NCBI GenBank assembly: GCA_963844715.1
Contig: CAWJPJ010000007.1
Location: 1,184,001 to 1,248,000 of the forward strand
Length of the DNA stretch: 64,000 bases
Source of the DNA: an uncultured Phycisphaerales bacterium
GTDB taxonomy: Bacteria > Planctomycetota > Phycisphaerae > Tepidisphaerales > Tepidisphaeraceae
Direction of reading: 5' to 3'
Numbering within the stretch: position 1 is the first letter of the stretch; each line of letters starts with the position of its first letter. A model generated the notes under the pieces. The model ran no database searches, was not told the origin of the DNA, and worked only from the letters and a program-made list of their open reading frames with translations. A program made the position numbers and the translations under genes. Shown in pieces: positions 44,645-55,572 of this stretch.

Positions 44645-45385
44645 CTATTTCATTTGGAATTTGGATTTGATTTGCTGCTTAGCGTAGGTGCGGGTGATGT
44701 CTACCAGGCCTTCTTCCTGGATTCGGCCGTGGGTGGTGAGCCATGTTTGGCCTCTCGTGAAGAAGTCGTCGAAATCTTTTTGGGACATTTGAGAGGCGAA
44801 ATAAGTGTCCCGCTTGACGGGAATCACGCGGCAGATGGGCGTTCCCTTTTTGATCATGATCTTCTTTTCGCGGTTGTCTAATTCCAGGATGACGTGCCAG
44901 GGGTAGCTGGCGGGGTACCAATCGGTATCGACGATGGCGGACATGGCTCGCCAGGGGCGGTATTGGTTGGGGAGGTCCGTCATCAGAAGCAATTCGTCGG
45001 GGTCGGTTTGCAGAAATAAGAACGAACTGACTTTGACCTGGTTGCGGAGTTCTTTCCAGACGTGATCGGAAATGACGTGGGGAAGTTTCTGCCCTTTTTC
45101 CCAGAACCAGGCGTATTGCTGAACGAGCGGCTGGCCTGGGGATTGGGTGGTGCGGCTATATTCAAAATCGCTTTGGATGATGTGGTCGGGACGGACCCGC
45201 CAGTTGCCGCGGGTTTGGGTGAAGACGAGGTCAAAGTTGGCGAGGATATCGAAGCCGAAGGAATTGGCGGCGCGGATGGGGGGGCATTGCTCCGGCCAGC
45301 CTCGGCCGGGTTTTCGCTTGATGTAAACTTCCTTTGCGGGCTGCGGATCAAAAAGGTCCTGGCGGAATTTGAAATAGTGGATCAT
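44645..45385 (-). CDS. Hypothetical protein, DUF6065-like
   Basis: CPPIRAANSFGFDI, IVDTDWYP, KKGTPICRVIP. Confidence 0.55.
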   Translation of the reverse strand: MIHYFKFRQDLFDPQPAKEVYIKRKPGRGWPEQCPPIRAANSFGFDILANFDLVFTQTRGNWRVRPDHIIQSDFEYSRTTQSPGQPLVQQYAWFWEKGQKLPHVISDHVWKELRNQVKVSSFLFLQTDPDELLLMTDLPNQYRPWRAMSAIVDTDWYPASYPWHVILELDNREKKIMIKKGTPICRVIPVKRDTYFASQMSQKDFDDFFTRGQTWLTTHGRIQEEGLVDITRTYAKQQIKSKFQMK

Positions 45386-45447
45386 GGGAATTGATTTGGA
45401 TCATACTTGAAGGGAACGGGCCCACCCAAACCGGTCGTTCTTAACAG

Positions 45448-45556
45448 CATTGGCACAGAGGACACAGAGTGCACGGAGGGCACAGAGAAAAGAGAAATAA
45501 ATTCTATTGGTTTTTTCTCCGTGCACTCTGTGTCCTCTGTGTGCTCTGTGCCAATG
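45448..45556. repeat. Long hairpin built of 9-bp CACAGAG units
   Basis: Four nnCAC(A/G)GAG units per arm, in inverted orientation around an AT-rich loop. Confidence 0.88.
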
Positions 45557-45701
45557 TTTTTGAACAAGTCACTCGGCGCAGCGGGCGTGCCGTACGGCGG
45601 ATGATACTTGGCGGACGAGGAAACGCGTGGCGTTGACCAAATCGCCGGCATCGGCATACTGTGCCGCTTCCCTGGCGTGGGCTTTTGGAGGCTTGCGTCA
45701 C

Positions 45702-45774
45702 GGCCCCGTCGTCTAGAGGCCTAGGACACGGCCCTTTCAAGGCCGCGACACGGGTTCGAATCCCGTCGGGGTCA
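45702..45774 (+). tRNA. tRNA-Glu(TTC), CCA not encoded
   Basis: Acceptor ggccccg/cggggtc, anticodon arm cggcc-ctTTCaa-ggccg, T-loop ggttcgaatcc. Confidence 0.97.
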
Positions 45775-45979
45775 ATAGTTCTGGCGATAAAGTGGGGGAG
45801 ACAATGGGGTTCTGCGGGGGGCCGCGGTCGGGCGGATTGTTGGTTGGCGAAAGTCCGGGCGCGTTTATTATTGATTGCAGATCTGTTGAAAAAGGGCGCC
45901 GTTATTGGCGCGGTGTATTTGACGAGCACCGGTGGTTTGGGCTTTTTTTAGGGCGGGGCCCTGGTCGGCGAAGCTGGTT

Positions 45980-47758
45980 CATTTCGAGAAAAGACGGCGG
46001 TTGGCAATTTAGCTCGGTATCGTTGGTTGGGCTGGGTTGCCGCGGCTGCGCCGGCGGTTTTGCCGCTGTGGATGATTCTCGCGATGGGGTGGATTTCCAT
46101 TTCTGGGATGAGTGGGACGCGGATTGGGCGGGGGTTTACGTCAAGGCGTTTCATGGGCAACTCACCTTCGCGGACCTGGTCGCGCAACACAACGAGCATC
46201 GCCTGGTGATGCTGCATCTTCTGGGCATCATCATGAATCGATTTACGCATTGGAATAATTACGACGTGCTGCTGCTGGGTTGGGGGCTCGCGTGCATGGC
46301 TTCGATGGGGGTGCTATGGCTTTGCCGAAACTCGGCGCGGCACGGGGCGTTGTGGCGATGGTTTTTGTGCAACGTGCTGATTTTTACGCCGGTGCAAAGG
46401 CAGAGTTGGTTGTGGGGGATTGGGACGGTGCATTTTCTGGTGGCGGCGTGCACGATCGGGATGATCGCGATGCTGACGTCGGATATTAGAAGTTGGATCA
46501 AGGGGACAGCCGCCGTGGTGCTGGCGGCGGGAGCGACTTATTCGAGCGCGAACGGGGTGATCGCCTGGCCCCTGGCGGCGTTGCTCATACTTGGGCAAGA
46601 GAATCGAGATAGGAAAACGAAGTTGAGGATGATGATTGCGCTGGGGATCTGCTGCGTGATCGTTAGCGGCACGTATCTCATTGACTACAGGTTTCCGCAA
46701 AGCGGGGTCGGGGAGTATCACAGCTCGATGGGGGAAAAGTTGATTTATCTGGTGACGTTTTTGGGGAATCCGTTTGCGGGAGCCGGGAGCGGGGCGTCGC
46801 AGTATGGGATGGCGGGAGTTTGCGGGTCGATCTTGCTGGCGCTATTTTGGGGGCGCTGGGATATTTTGCGATGGCGTGGGAGCGCGGGCGGGAGGACATG
46901 GGACGGAAGATGCTGCCTTGGATTGCCGTGGGGATTTTTGCGATTGCCAACGCGGTTTTGGGGGCGGGGGGACGCGGTGGGTATGTGTTTCTCGGGCAGC
47001 CATTGGAGACGCGGTATACGACGATCGCGATTTATTTGCCGGTGGCGCTGGTGAATTTGATTCCGATGATCTGCGGGGATTTGAAGCTGCGGCTTTCGGA
47101 GGGGGCGAGCTATATCTGGAAACAGGCGCCGGCGGTGGCGGGGGCGGGGTTGATCATGCTTCAGTTGAATTGCGTTTCGCCGGCGCTGGCGGCTTCGGAC
47201 GATTGGCGGAATTTTCAGCGCGAGGCGAAGGCGGCGGTTTTGCTGATCGACGTGCTGCCTCATAATCCGGAGCTGGTGAATGTTTTTCCGACGCCGGTTG
47301 CGCTGCACCGGATGGCGGATGCGGCCAGCGCGTGCGGGTATATGCATCCGCGCGTGGTGAAGAGCGCGGATGCCGATTTGATTCAGGCGAATAATTTGCG
47401 CGATGTCGGCGGCGCCGAAGGGAGGATGGAGCGGTACGTGATCGGGAAGGACGCGGTCCAGCTATTCGGTTGGGCGATATTTCGACGGTTCGGCGAGCCC
47501 GCGGACGCGGTGTTTCTTACCTATGAGGACGGGGAAGGGCGCCATGTGATCTGCAAACTGGCGGATATGGGATTGCAGCGCGATGATATCGCCAGGGAGA
47601 TGGGTCAGCGGAACTATGAGAAATGCGGCTGGCAGGCGACGCTGCGATTGGCGGTGCTCCCGAGCAGCGTGAACACGACACGAATCAACGCGTGGGCATT
47701 TGACACGGATACGGGGAAGGCGGTTCCATTGGAGGGGAGTATTGTGATTCAGAGATAA
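45980..47758 (+). CDS. Multi-TM protein, GT-C-like (start approximate; frameshifts near 46080 and 46850)
   Basis: FWDEW...QHNEHR first-loop motif, many TM segments, soluble C-terminal domain with GWA. Confidence 0.6.
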
Positions 47759-47759
47759 G

Positions 47760-48737
47760 ATGCGCCTACCACGCACACGCCGTCGTCGGATTGCCTGGGC
47801 TTTATCGGGGATCGCTTTCGCGGGGATTTTATTTCTGAACGCGGTGGCGTATCTCCAGGCGAGGGCGATGACGCATTTTACGGATGGAGGCGTGCGGACG
47901 AGTCCGCCGGAGGCGCTAACGCGGCTCCAGAAGGTGCGGGTGCTTTTGATGGGGGTGAAGGTTCCGCGGCCGGAGGATTCGGCGACGCCGGCGGATGTGG
48001 GGTTGGAATACCAGACGGTGCGCTTCGGCGGTTTGTCGGGCAAGGATTGCGAAGGTTGGTTCATCGGTGCCCGGAAACCGAAGGGGGTGTGCATTGAATT
48101 TCACGGGTATAGCTCGAGCAAATCTTCGCTGCTGCATTCGGCGCAGGCGTTTCATGGCTTGGGGTATGACGTGCTGCTGGTCGATTTTCGCGGGAGCGGC
48201 GGGTCGATTGGGGACAACACTTCGCTCGGATATTTCGAGGCGGATGATGTGGCCGGCGCGATGAAATTCGCGGCGGGGGAATGGCCGGGGGAGCCGATCG
48301 TTTTGTATGGGGAATCGATGGGCGGGGCGGCGGTGTTGCGCGCTGCAGGAGAACTGGGCGTTCAACCGCGCGCGATTGTTATTGAATCGGTTTTTGATCG
48401 CCTGCTTTCCACCGTGGAAAATCGGTTCGACGCGATGCGCGTTCCGGAATTTCCGGCGGCTAGATTGCTCGTGTTCTGGGGCGGAGTTCAACAGGGGTAC
48501 GACGCATTCGATCTGAATCCGGCCGATTATGCGACGCGCGTGACTTGCCCGGTTTTGCTGATGCAGGGCGGGCGCGATCCGCGCGTGACCGACGCGCAGG
48601 CTCGGAATCTATTCGATCATTTGGCCGGGCCGAAACGGCTGGAAATATTCGAGACCAGCGGGCACTGCGGGATGCTGTCGGATGATCGCGGGCGATGGAT
48701 TTCGAGCATAAGCGGTTTCCTTGCCAAGAACCGATAG
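47760..48737 (+). CDS. Alpha/beta hydrolase
   Basis: FHGY, DFRGSGGS, GESMG nucleophile elbow, GGRDPRV, GH. Confidence 0.88.
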   Translation: MRLPRTRRRRIAWALSGIAFAGILFLNAVAYLQARAMTHFTDGGVRTSPPEALTRLQKVRVLLMGVKVPRPEDSATPADVGLEYQTVRFGGLSGKDCEGWFIGARKPKGVCIEFHGYSSSKSSLLHSAQAFHGLGYDVLLVDFRGSGGSIGDNTSLGYFEADDVAGAMKFAAGEWPGEPIVLYGESMGGAAVLRAAGELGVQPRAIVIESVFDRLLSTVENRFDAMRVPEFPAARLLVFWGGVQQGYDAFDLNPADYATRVTCPVLLMQGGRDPRVTDAQARNLFDHLAGPKRLEIFETSGHCGMLSDDRGRWISSISGFLAKNR

Positions 48738-48832
48738 TCCGCTGAATCAGAACTCGAGCGTCGTTCACAACGCTGCTACAATAGAGTGGTTTTGCAAAGA
48801 TCGAGCGGCCGGTTGCAGCGAAGTGATCCGCC

Positions 48833-50009
48833 ATGCAGAACGAAGAATTCCACTCGCCAGAGGGCCTAATTCCAGATGGGTTGCCGGTAATAGACTACGC
48901 TTCGCCGACCCTGAAATCGCCGCTCTCGGTAGCGGACTGGGGGGCGATCGCGCTACTCGCGATCTGCACGGTCATTTATGGTATCGCTTGCATTCCGTCT
49001 TATTCCCGAAGTTCCTGGCCGCCGATTGAGCGCTTTCTGGAAGCGCCGCCGTGGCTATGGGTGTTTGCGGTTCCGATGTTCACCGTGATCGTTCCTGGTG
49101 GACCGCTCTCGAGAAAAGCTCTTCTCATCTACGCTTTGGTGACCAGCGGAATTGACGCCGGGACCTTGCCATTCGCAAACATGAATCCGCACCATATGGG
49201 GCTGGATTTATGGTTCGCAAATCTCATATTCGCGGTACCAGTTCATCTCGGGCTCACCGCGATCGTTGCGCTGCTGAGTCGGTTGGCATACCAGATGTTC
49301 GGCGTTGCGCCGTCTTTGGAAATGCGCGGGCAATTCGGCGCAGTCCGGTGGTGCGCATCGGGATTTTGGGCGGCGTTACCCTGATCGCCACCTTATTTCC
49401 GTTCACTTACGAGAGGTTTACCGTTGCCATGGACGATGCCGCGGCGCTCGGCTCGCGGATGCGGATTGGGCAAACCGCAACGCCGTTGTTATCGGCAGCA
49501 ACATGGCTACATATCGCGAGGAAAAGGGCATAGGTTTTCAGTCGTTCATTGACGCGGCATCTGGCTTTCCCCTTAGGCATAGTTGGATGCGGCGATGGGA
49601 GCCTGGTTACAACGCGGAGATATGTAGCTTGTTAAAAAGCAGAGGAATTCCGACCTGGTCATATTACAGTCGGGTCGTCGCGGATTCGGATATGGTCAGC
49701 ATGCTGACAGCACCGGACATGAGGGAAATCACTTCATACCCATGTGTTCTCTCCCCCAACATTGTTCTGTTTCGCGGGGGCGGAACGACACCGTGGGGAA
49801 GCGTCGTCTACAGCAATTCTCGGTATCTCGATATCGAATGCCGGAATCAAGACTTCATTCCGCTCGGTACCCTCGGCGATGAGAAGGACCCGGCGTTTGT
49901 CGCCCAACTGTCCAAGTACCCCAAGACGTTCTTCATCCGGTGCGGCAAATCCGTGGTCGCCTGTACTTCCGAGGGCCGCATAATCCAAGGCGTGTACGAG
50001 GACCCATAA
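48833..50009 (+). CDS. Hypothetical membrane protein (frameshifted, lower GC)
   Basis: Overlapping ORFs 48833-49384, 49210-49533 and 49305-50009 join into a TM region plus a soluble domain. Confidence 0.5.
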
Positions 50010-50149
50010 AGGCATTTTTGTTCGGTCATTGCAATTCGCTACAGCCGCTGCGGATCGATTCGGGCTTGGGGCGCTGTTAGAAGTGCGGCGAACCTCTATA
50101 ATGCGCACCATTGCAAGGCACATCGCGTTCATCTCCAGAGGAAAAGTCT

Positions 50150-51490
50150 ATGAATAAGGCCAAAATGCGGCAGTTGGGTTTTTGGGGGATCAGCGTTTTG
50201 ACGCCGCTCGGATTGGCGTTGACGGCGGGTTGTCCGCCGGTCGTGGTGGAAGAGGACAATGGTCCGCCACCGCCGCCGCAGCCGGTGTATGTGCAGGCGC
50301 CGGCTCCGCGCCCGTGGTGGTTCCGGCGGACGCGGCGTTGCAGCAACTGGTGGCGCCGATCGCGCTCTATCCCGATCCGCTGCTGGCGGTGCTCCTGCCG
50401 GCGTCGACTTATCCGGATCAGATTCAGCAGGCGGCGTATTGGGCGCAGATGAATCAAGGTGCGCCGGACGCCGTGATCGCGCAGCAGCCGTGGGATCCGT
50501 CGGTGCAGGCGCTGGTGCATTATCCCTCCGTGCTTCAGTACATGAATGGAGATATGCAGTGGACGACTTCGCTGGGTTCGGCGTTTGCGTCGGACCAGGG
50601 ATCGGTGATGAACGCGATTCAGGAATTGCGCCAGCAGGCGTATGCGTGCGGGACTTTGCAGAGTTCGCCGCAGATGGACGTGATCGTGGACGGGCCGGTG
50701 ATTTATTTGCAGCCGGCGAACCCGGACGTGATTTGTGTTCCGAGCTACGACGCGGTGTATTGTTATCAGCGTCCGGAGCCGCTGACGTTTGGCGTGCAAT
50801 ATGGGGTGGGCGTATGGCTGGGATTCGCGTTTGATTGGAGCGACCGGTCGGTTTATCGCGGGGATTGGCACGAGGGTTGGCAGCCGGAATCGGGCGGCTG
50901 GCATCGCGCCCCGGATTGGCGGCCGCCGCAGGCGCAGCCTTGGGTGAGGGACGCGAGCCATGGACCGCCGCCTGCGCGTTGAGCCCGCGCATTATGTCGC
51001 TCCGCAGCAGATTCGCGGTCATGAGCAGGAATTCCGAGCCGCGCCGCCGGTGAGAGCGACGCCGGCCAAGCCGATGCCGAAGGAAGTTCCCGATGCGGCG
51101 CATCGGACGGATTTGCCGCCGCAGTCACAGGGGCAGGTTCGGCCGGACGATCAGCGTCAGCCGGTGGTTCAGGCAGCGCCCGCGCAGCATCCACAGCAGC
51201 AGCCGGACCAGCAGCACTCGACGGCGGATCGGACCTACCAAGGCCAGCCGATGGAGAATCCGCAGCGGCCCACCGAGGCCAACGGGCCCGGGCCGAAGGG
51301 GCCGGGGACCCCGGCAGCGGCGGATAAAGGACCCGCGCCGAAGGGGCCGGCTCAGGACAAGTCGAAGCAACCCGCGAAACCGGCCCAGAAGCCGCAGCCG
51401 ACCGATAAGCAAGCTCCGCAGGACAAAGATCACGATCAGGATCAAAACCAGAATCAGAATCAGGATCAGTCGAAGATGCCGCAGCGATGA
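50150..51490 (+). CDS. DUF3300 lipoprotein with low-complexity Q/P tail (frameshifted)
   Basis: Lipobox LTAGC; LQQLVAPIALYPDPLL...STYP...WDPSV.AL..YP...WT..LG.AF. Confidence 0.85.
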
Positions 51491-51574
51491 GTTGGAGAAA
51501 TCCGACACCCGAAACCAGAATGACGAATCAAACCCGAATGCCTAAATGAACGAAATGGCTGTTTCGATCATTTA

Positions 51575-52468
51575 GAGCCTCTAACAAAAATGCGAATGAA
51601 GCCTGTTCCAACAGATCATTGCCTCACCCACGGTCATGAACGCGGCGTGGATGTCGGGCCGTTTTTCGTAACGGACTCGCAGTCGGCGATTCTGATGCAA
51701 CCAACTCAGCGTACGCTCCACCGGCCAGCGGGTTTTGCCAAGACCACTTCCGTGCGGGCGGTTGCGTCGGGCCAGCAACGGGCGGCTGCCACGCTGACGC
51801 AACGCCTTTCGGTGCGGTTCGGAGTGATACGCCCGGTCTCCCTGCACCACCTCGAACCGCCAGCGCGGCCGGCCCGGTTTGCCCGAGACCTTTGGAATCG
51901 CATCGATCAGCGGCAGCAGTTGCGTGATGTCGTGGCGGTTGGCCGCCGTCAGGAGGGCAACCATCGGCGTGCCGTTGCCATCGGTCAATACATGGTGCTT
52001 GGAACCGTTTTTCCTGCGATCTACCGGGCTCGGACCCGTTTTTTTCCCCCGTGCACGGCCCGCACGGAAGCAGAATCCACCAAGGCCCGCGACCAGTCGA
52101 TGGCATTCGACCGCCGCAATCGATTCAGCAATAGTCCGTGCAGCTTCGTCCAAACCCCACGATGGTTCCAATCGCGCAGTCGACGCCAGCAACTCATGCC
52201 GCTGCCGCATCCCATCTCCTGGGGAAGGTATTCCCACGGAATGCCGGTTTTGAGCACGAACAGAATACCCGACAACGCCGCGCGATCGTCCAGCGGCGGC
52301 CGGCCGCGCTTTCCTGGACCACTGCGGTGCTTGGGAAGCAGGGGTCGGATCAACTCCCAAAGCTCGTCGGTCACCAACGGCTTGGTCATAAAGCCCTCCA
52401 TGGCTAAGACCAAGCCGTATTGTCCGATCAACCATAAACATGGGGAAGTGCATTTTTGTTAGAGGCTC
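51575..52468 (-). mobile_element. IS5-family insertion sequence with TTA target duplication
   Basis: Perfect 19-bp IRs gagcctctaacaaaaatgc / gcatttttgttagaggctc; TTA at 51572-74 and 52469-71. Confidence 0.95.
51581..52389 (-). CDS. IS5 transposase, orfA/orfB joined by a probable -1 frameshift at GGGGAAAAAAAC
   Basis: VTDELW..I.PLLP, GILFVLKTGIPW, VDSASVRA; GPSPVDRRKNGSKHH, GDRAY, RWPVERT. Confidence 0.92.
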
Positions 52469-52547
52469 TTAGTCATTTGGTCATTGATTCTGATTTCGGG
52501 TTTCGGGTTTTAGCGGTGATGGGTGCACTGCGAGTACAATTCCCCGC

Positions 52548-53414
52548 ATGAACCTGAATCATGAAGTGGGCAAGCATCTGGAGCTGGTCGATCCGGCGCG
52601 CGGCCATGTGCTTTGGCGATACGTTTATTCGGGGAAGCCCAAGCCGTTTTTTCATCCTTTGGCTACGCCGGCGGGCCGGGTGATTTCTTTGCTCGAGCCC
52701 TGGGATCATTGGTGGCAGCGCGGGCTTTGGTTCGCGATCAAGTTCGTCAACGGGTACAATTTTTGGGAAGAAAAGGAGGGGACGGTTTGGGGCGTGCAGC
52801 GCACACTGGCGCCGCCGACGGTGGCGCACCGCGAGGATGGGCATCTGTCGATGTTTTCGCGGCTTCAGTGGGTCGGGCCGGGGGACGTGGGCGTGGTTTT
52901 TGACGAGCAGAGGAAGATTGAATATCGGCCGATCGACGAGCGGAGTTACGCGCTGGATTTTTTGCTCAATCTGACGCCGACGGCGGATTCGAAATTAGAT
53001 CGGACGCCCTATACGACTTGGGGCGGGTATGGCGGGTTGTCGTTTCGCGGGACGCGGGACTGGCACGAGCCGCGGCTGCTTTTTTCGGATGGATCGACCG
53101 CGACCCGCCCGGTGGGGAACAAGGCGCTGTGGTGCGATCTTTCGGGGTATCTCGACGGCGGGGTGCGCCCGACCGGCGGGATCGCGATGTTCGATCATCC
53201 CTCGAATCCGCGCCATCCGACGCCCTGGTACGGCGGCACCGAGGTGAGCATTTTCTTCAACGCGGCGTTTTTATTTAATGAGCCGATGGAGATCGCCGGC
53301 GGGGAGCCGCTGAATTTCAGGTATCGCGTGCTGGTGCATGACGGGATGGGGGAGAGGGAATATTTGCAGAAGGAATACGACCATTATCTGGCCGGGGACA
53401 AATCGGCGACCTAA
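52548..53414 (+). CDS. DUF6807 ('PmoA'-named) family protein; not a methane monooxygenase
   Basis: KPFFHPL.TPAG, DH.WQRGLWF, YGGLSFR, FDHPSNPRHPTPW. Confidence 0.75.
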   Translation: MNLNHEVGKHLELVDPARGHVLWRYVYSGKPKPFFHPLATPAGRVISLLEPWDHWWQRGLWFAIKFVNGYNFWEEKEGTVWGVQRTLAPPTVAHREDGHLSMFSRLQWVGPGDVGVVFDEQRKIEYRPIDERSYALDFLLNLTPTADSKLDRTPYTTWGGYGGLSFRGTRDWHEPRLLFSDGSTATRPVGNKALWCDLSGYLDGGVRPTGGIAMFDHPSNPRHPTPWYGGTEVSIFFNAAFLFNEPMEIAGGEPLNFRYRVLVHDGMGEREYLQKEYDHYLAGDKSAT

Positions 53415-53438
53415 AATCCGTTTTAAGGGGGTTCAGCG

Positions 53439-54572
53439 ATGGCTGAACTGAACATCCTGGAAGGCAAAGAGCGACTCAAATCGCTGAAGGGGATGCTCCA
53501 TCAATTCAGCGCGCCGGCGGCGGAGGCGCTGATCAAGCGGGAAGGCGATGGCATTCGCTGTTTCGCCTGCGGGCATCGGTGTCTGGTCCAGCCGGGGCGG
53601 GACGGGGTTTGCCGGGTGCGGTTCAACGATGGCGGCACGCTGCGGGTGCCGTTTGGGTACGTGGGGGTATTGGCTTGCGACCCGATTGAGAAGAAGCCAT
53701 TCTTTCATTGTCTGCCGGGGAGCGATGCGCTGACGTTTGGGATGCTGGGGTGCGATTTTCATTGCGGGTATTGCCAGAACTGGGTGACGAGCCAGATGCT
53801 GCGCGATCCGGACGCCGCGGCGGCGCCTCGCCAGACGCGGCCGGAGCAACTCGTGGATTATGCGATTGAGCATCGATCCCCCGTGATCGCCTCGAGCTAT
53901 AACGAGCCGCTGATCACCAGCGAATGGGCGGTGGCGGTGTTCAAGGAGGGGAAGAGGCGGGGGCTGAAGTGTGCGTATATTTCCAACGGCAATGGGACGC
54001 CGCAAGTGCTGGATTTTATCAGGCCCTGGGTGGATGCGTACAAAGTCGATCTGAAGACGTTCAATTCCAAAAACTACCGGCAGCTTGGCGGGGTGATGGA
54101 GAATGTCGTCGAGACGATTCGGATGCTGAAGGAACGGAAATTCTGGGTGGAGATCGTGACGCTCGTCGTTCCCGGGTTCAGCGACGATCCCGACGATCTG
54201 AAACGCATGGCGGAATTCCTGGCATCCGTCGATCCGCTGATGCCCTGGCATGTGACGGCGTTTCATCCGGATTACAAAATGACCGACGGTTATCGCCAGA
54301 CAACGGCGGAAGATCTCATGAAGATCGTCGACTACGGCGTGCAGGCGGGGCTCAAATATATCTATCCCGGTAATCTGCCGGGGCAGGTGGGGGAGTGGGA
54401 GAACACGCGATGCCATCATTGCGGGGCGACGGTGATCAAGCGATGGGGATTTTTGGTGAAGGAAAATCGAGTGAAACCAGACGGGTCCTGCCCGGCGTGC
54501 GGGAAGGGGATTCCCGGGATTTGGGGGAAATCGAGCGGGCACGGGGACGGGCGGGTGCGGGCGATTGTGTGA
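53439..54572 (+). CDS. amrS: AmmeMemoRadiSam system radical SAM enzyme
   Basis: CFACGHRC, DPIEKKPFFH, GCDFHCGYCQNW, YNEP, AFHPDYKM, NTRCHHCG. Confidence 0.9.
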   Translation: MAELNILEGKERLKSLKGMLHQFSAPAAEALIKREGDGIRCFACGHRCLVQPGRDGVCRVRFNDGGTLRVPFGYVGVLACDPIEKKPFFHCLPGSDALTFGMLGCDFHCGYCQNWVTSQMLRDPDAAAAPRQTRPEQLVDYAIEHRSPVIASSYNEPLITSEWAVAVFKEGKRRGLKCAYISNGNGTPQVLDFIRPWVDAYKVDLKTFNSKNYRQLGGVMENVVETIRMLKERKFWVEIVTLVVPGFSDDPDDLKRMAEFLASVDPLMPWHVTAFHPDYKMTDGYRQTTAEDLMKIVDYGVQAGLKYIYPGNLPGQVGEWENTRCHHCGATVIKRWGFLVKENRVKPDGSCPACGKGIPGIWGKSSGHGDGRVRAIV

Positions 54573-54576
54573 CGGA

Positions 54577-55119
54577 CTATTTGCGGCTGCGCAGGCGGTC
54601 GATGGTGACGCCGATGCCTGTGAGCAGGACGAACAGGAGGAAGAGGGCGACAAGTGAGAAGAAGACCAGGATGAGGATCGACCAGCCGAAGCCGGCTTTG
54701 GCGGATTTGATCAGAAGGACGAAGACTCCGCAGTTCAACGCAACGGCGACGCCGGCGGCAAGGAGGGCGGCGATCCAGCCGGTGAATTGGCGAGGGATAG
54801 TCACGTAGCCGGAGATGTTGACGAGGGTCAATGGGGAATCGGTTCGCAGCAGACGTTGGATAAAGCGGCATCCGATGAAGGCGACTGTGCCGGATACGAT
54901 GGCTCCGACGAGGGCCGAGAAGTCAGGGGATTGCCAGGCGCGGGAAATGGCCAGATAGGCGACGGCCAGCCAGGCGAGCGTCCAGATGGCAAGTGTGCCC
55001 AGACAGCCGTGGCTTCCGGCGGAATATTGATTGGGCAGATCGGTGGGGAAATCGACATTGTCACGCCGGGTGACGGTGACGTGCTGGGGATCGGGCGGCG
55101 GTTCGGGGTCCGGGGGCAT
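54577..55119 (-). CDS. Hypothetical four-TM membrane protein
   Basis: Four hydrophobic segments. Confidence 0.55.
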   Translation of the reverse strand: MPPDPEPPPDPQHVTVTRRDNVDFPTDLPNQYSAGSHGCLGTLAIWTLAWLAVAYLAISRAWQSPDFSALVGAIVSGTVAFIGCRFIQRLLRTDSPLTLVNISGYVTIPRQFTGWIAALLAAGVAVALNCGVFVLLIKSAKAGFGWSILILVFFSLVALFLLFVLLTGIGVTIDRLRSRK

Positions 55120-55337
55120 GGGGGGACCGTCTAACTTCGCTTGCGCGATAATTTTGCCGCGGAATGTTTTGAGCCTGATGGCGGCTTTCGCGGCGCTCGA
55201 CAGTTTTTCCTCGGTGTTTCGTTCGTCAGCGAAATGTTCAACGCTCGTTCGAGCTGCGCAAGCTGCGAGTAATAATCGCGGTTGTCGATTTCATTGATCC
55301 ACCATTCTGCCGCCGGCGGATTGGATACTTTATCATT

Positions 55338-55562
55338 CTACGCGGCATCGACGACGTCCGCCGTGGATTGCGCGGGCGGGACGGGTTCGTTGTGTTCGCG
55401 GAGGGAATCGATGTATGAAGCGACGGCGTCCCTGATATTGACGCGGATTTCGTCGGGGGTGTCGCCGCTGGTCGTGCAGCCGGGGAGGTCGGGCACGTAG
55501 GCAGAATAACTGCCGTCGTCAGCGCATTCGACGATATAGACATATTCCGTGGCGGACTTCAT
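55338..55562 (-). CDS. HicB-family antitoxin (N-terminal domain only)
   Basis: YIVE..DDGSYSAYVPDLPGCTTSGDTPDE...NIRDAV..YI..L....EPVP. Confidence 0.88.
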   Translation of the reverse strand: MKSATEYVYIVECADDGSYSAYVPDLPGCTTSGDTPDEIRVNIRDAVASYIDSLREHNEPVPPAQSTADVVDAA

Positions 55563-55572
55563 CGGATCACTA

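Larger units (their letters stand above)
51498..52512. repeat. Imperfect REP-like hairpin interrupted by an IS
   Basis: Removing the IS rejoins aaatccgacacccgaaa...cctaaatgaacgaaa with tttcgatcatttagtcatttg...tttcgggtttcgggttt. Confidence 0.7.

Noticed and set aside
45448..45556. CRISPR array
   Set aside because: Contiguous 9-bp units in inverted arms with no spacers; no cas genes in the window.
51421..51470. 6-bp repeats encoding DQ/NQ
   Set aside because: Ordinary low-complexity tail of the DUF3300 protein.
51590..52462. 290-aa antisense ORF spanning the IS
   Set aside because: Shadow frame of a GC-rich transposase with no recognisable motifs.
52548..53414. Methane oxidation gene
   Set aside because: Soluble DUF6807-type protein with no TM helices and no pmoCB; only the family name is similar.
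53439..54572. Novel radical SAM/RiPP cluster
   Set aside because: Ordinary AmrS; no precursor peptide or tailoring genes are adjacent.
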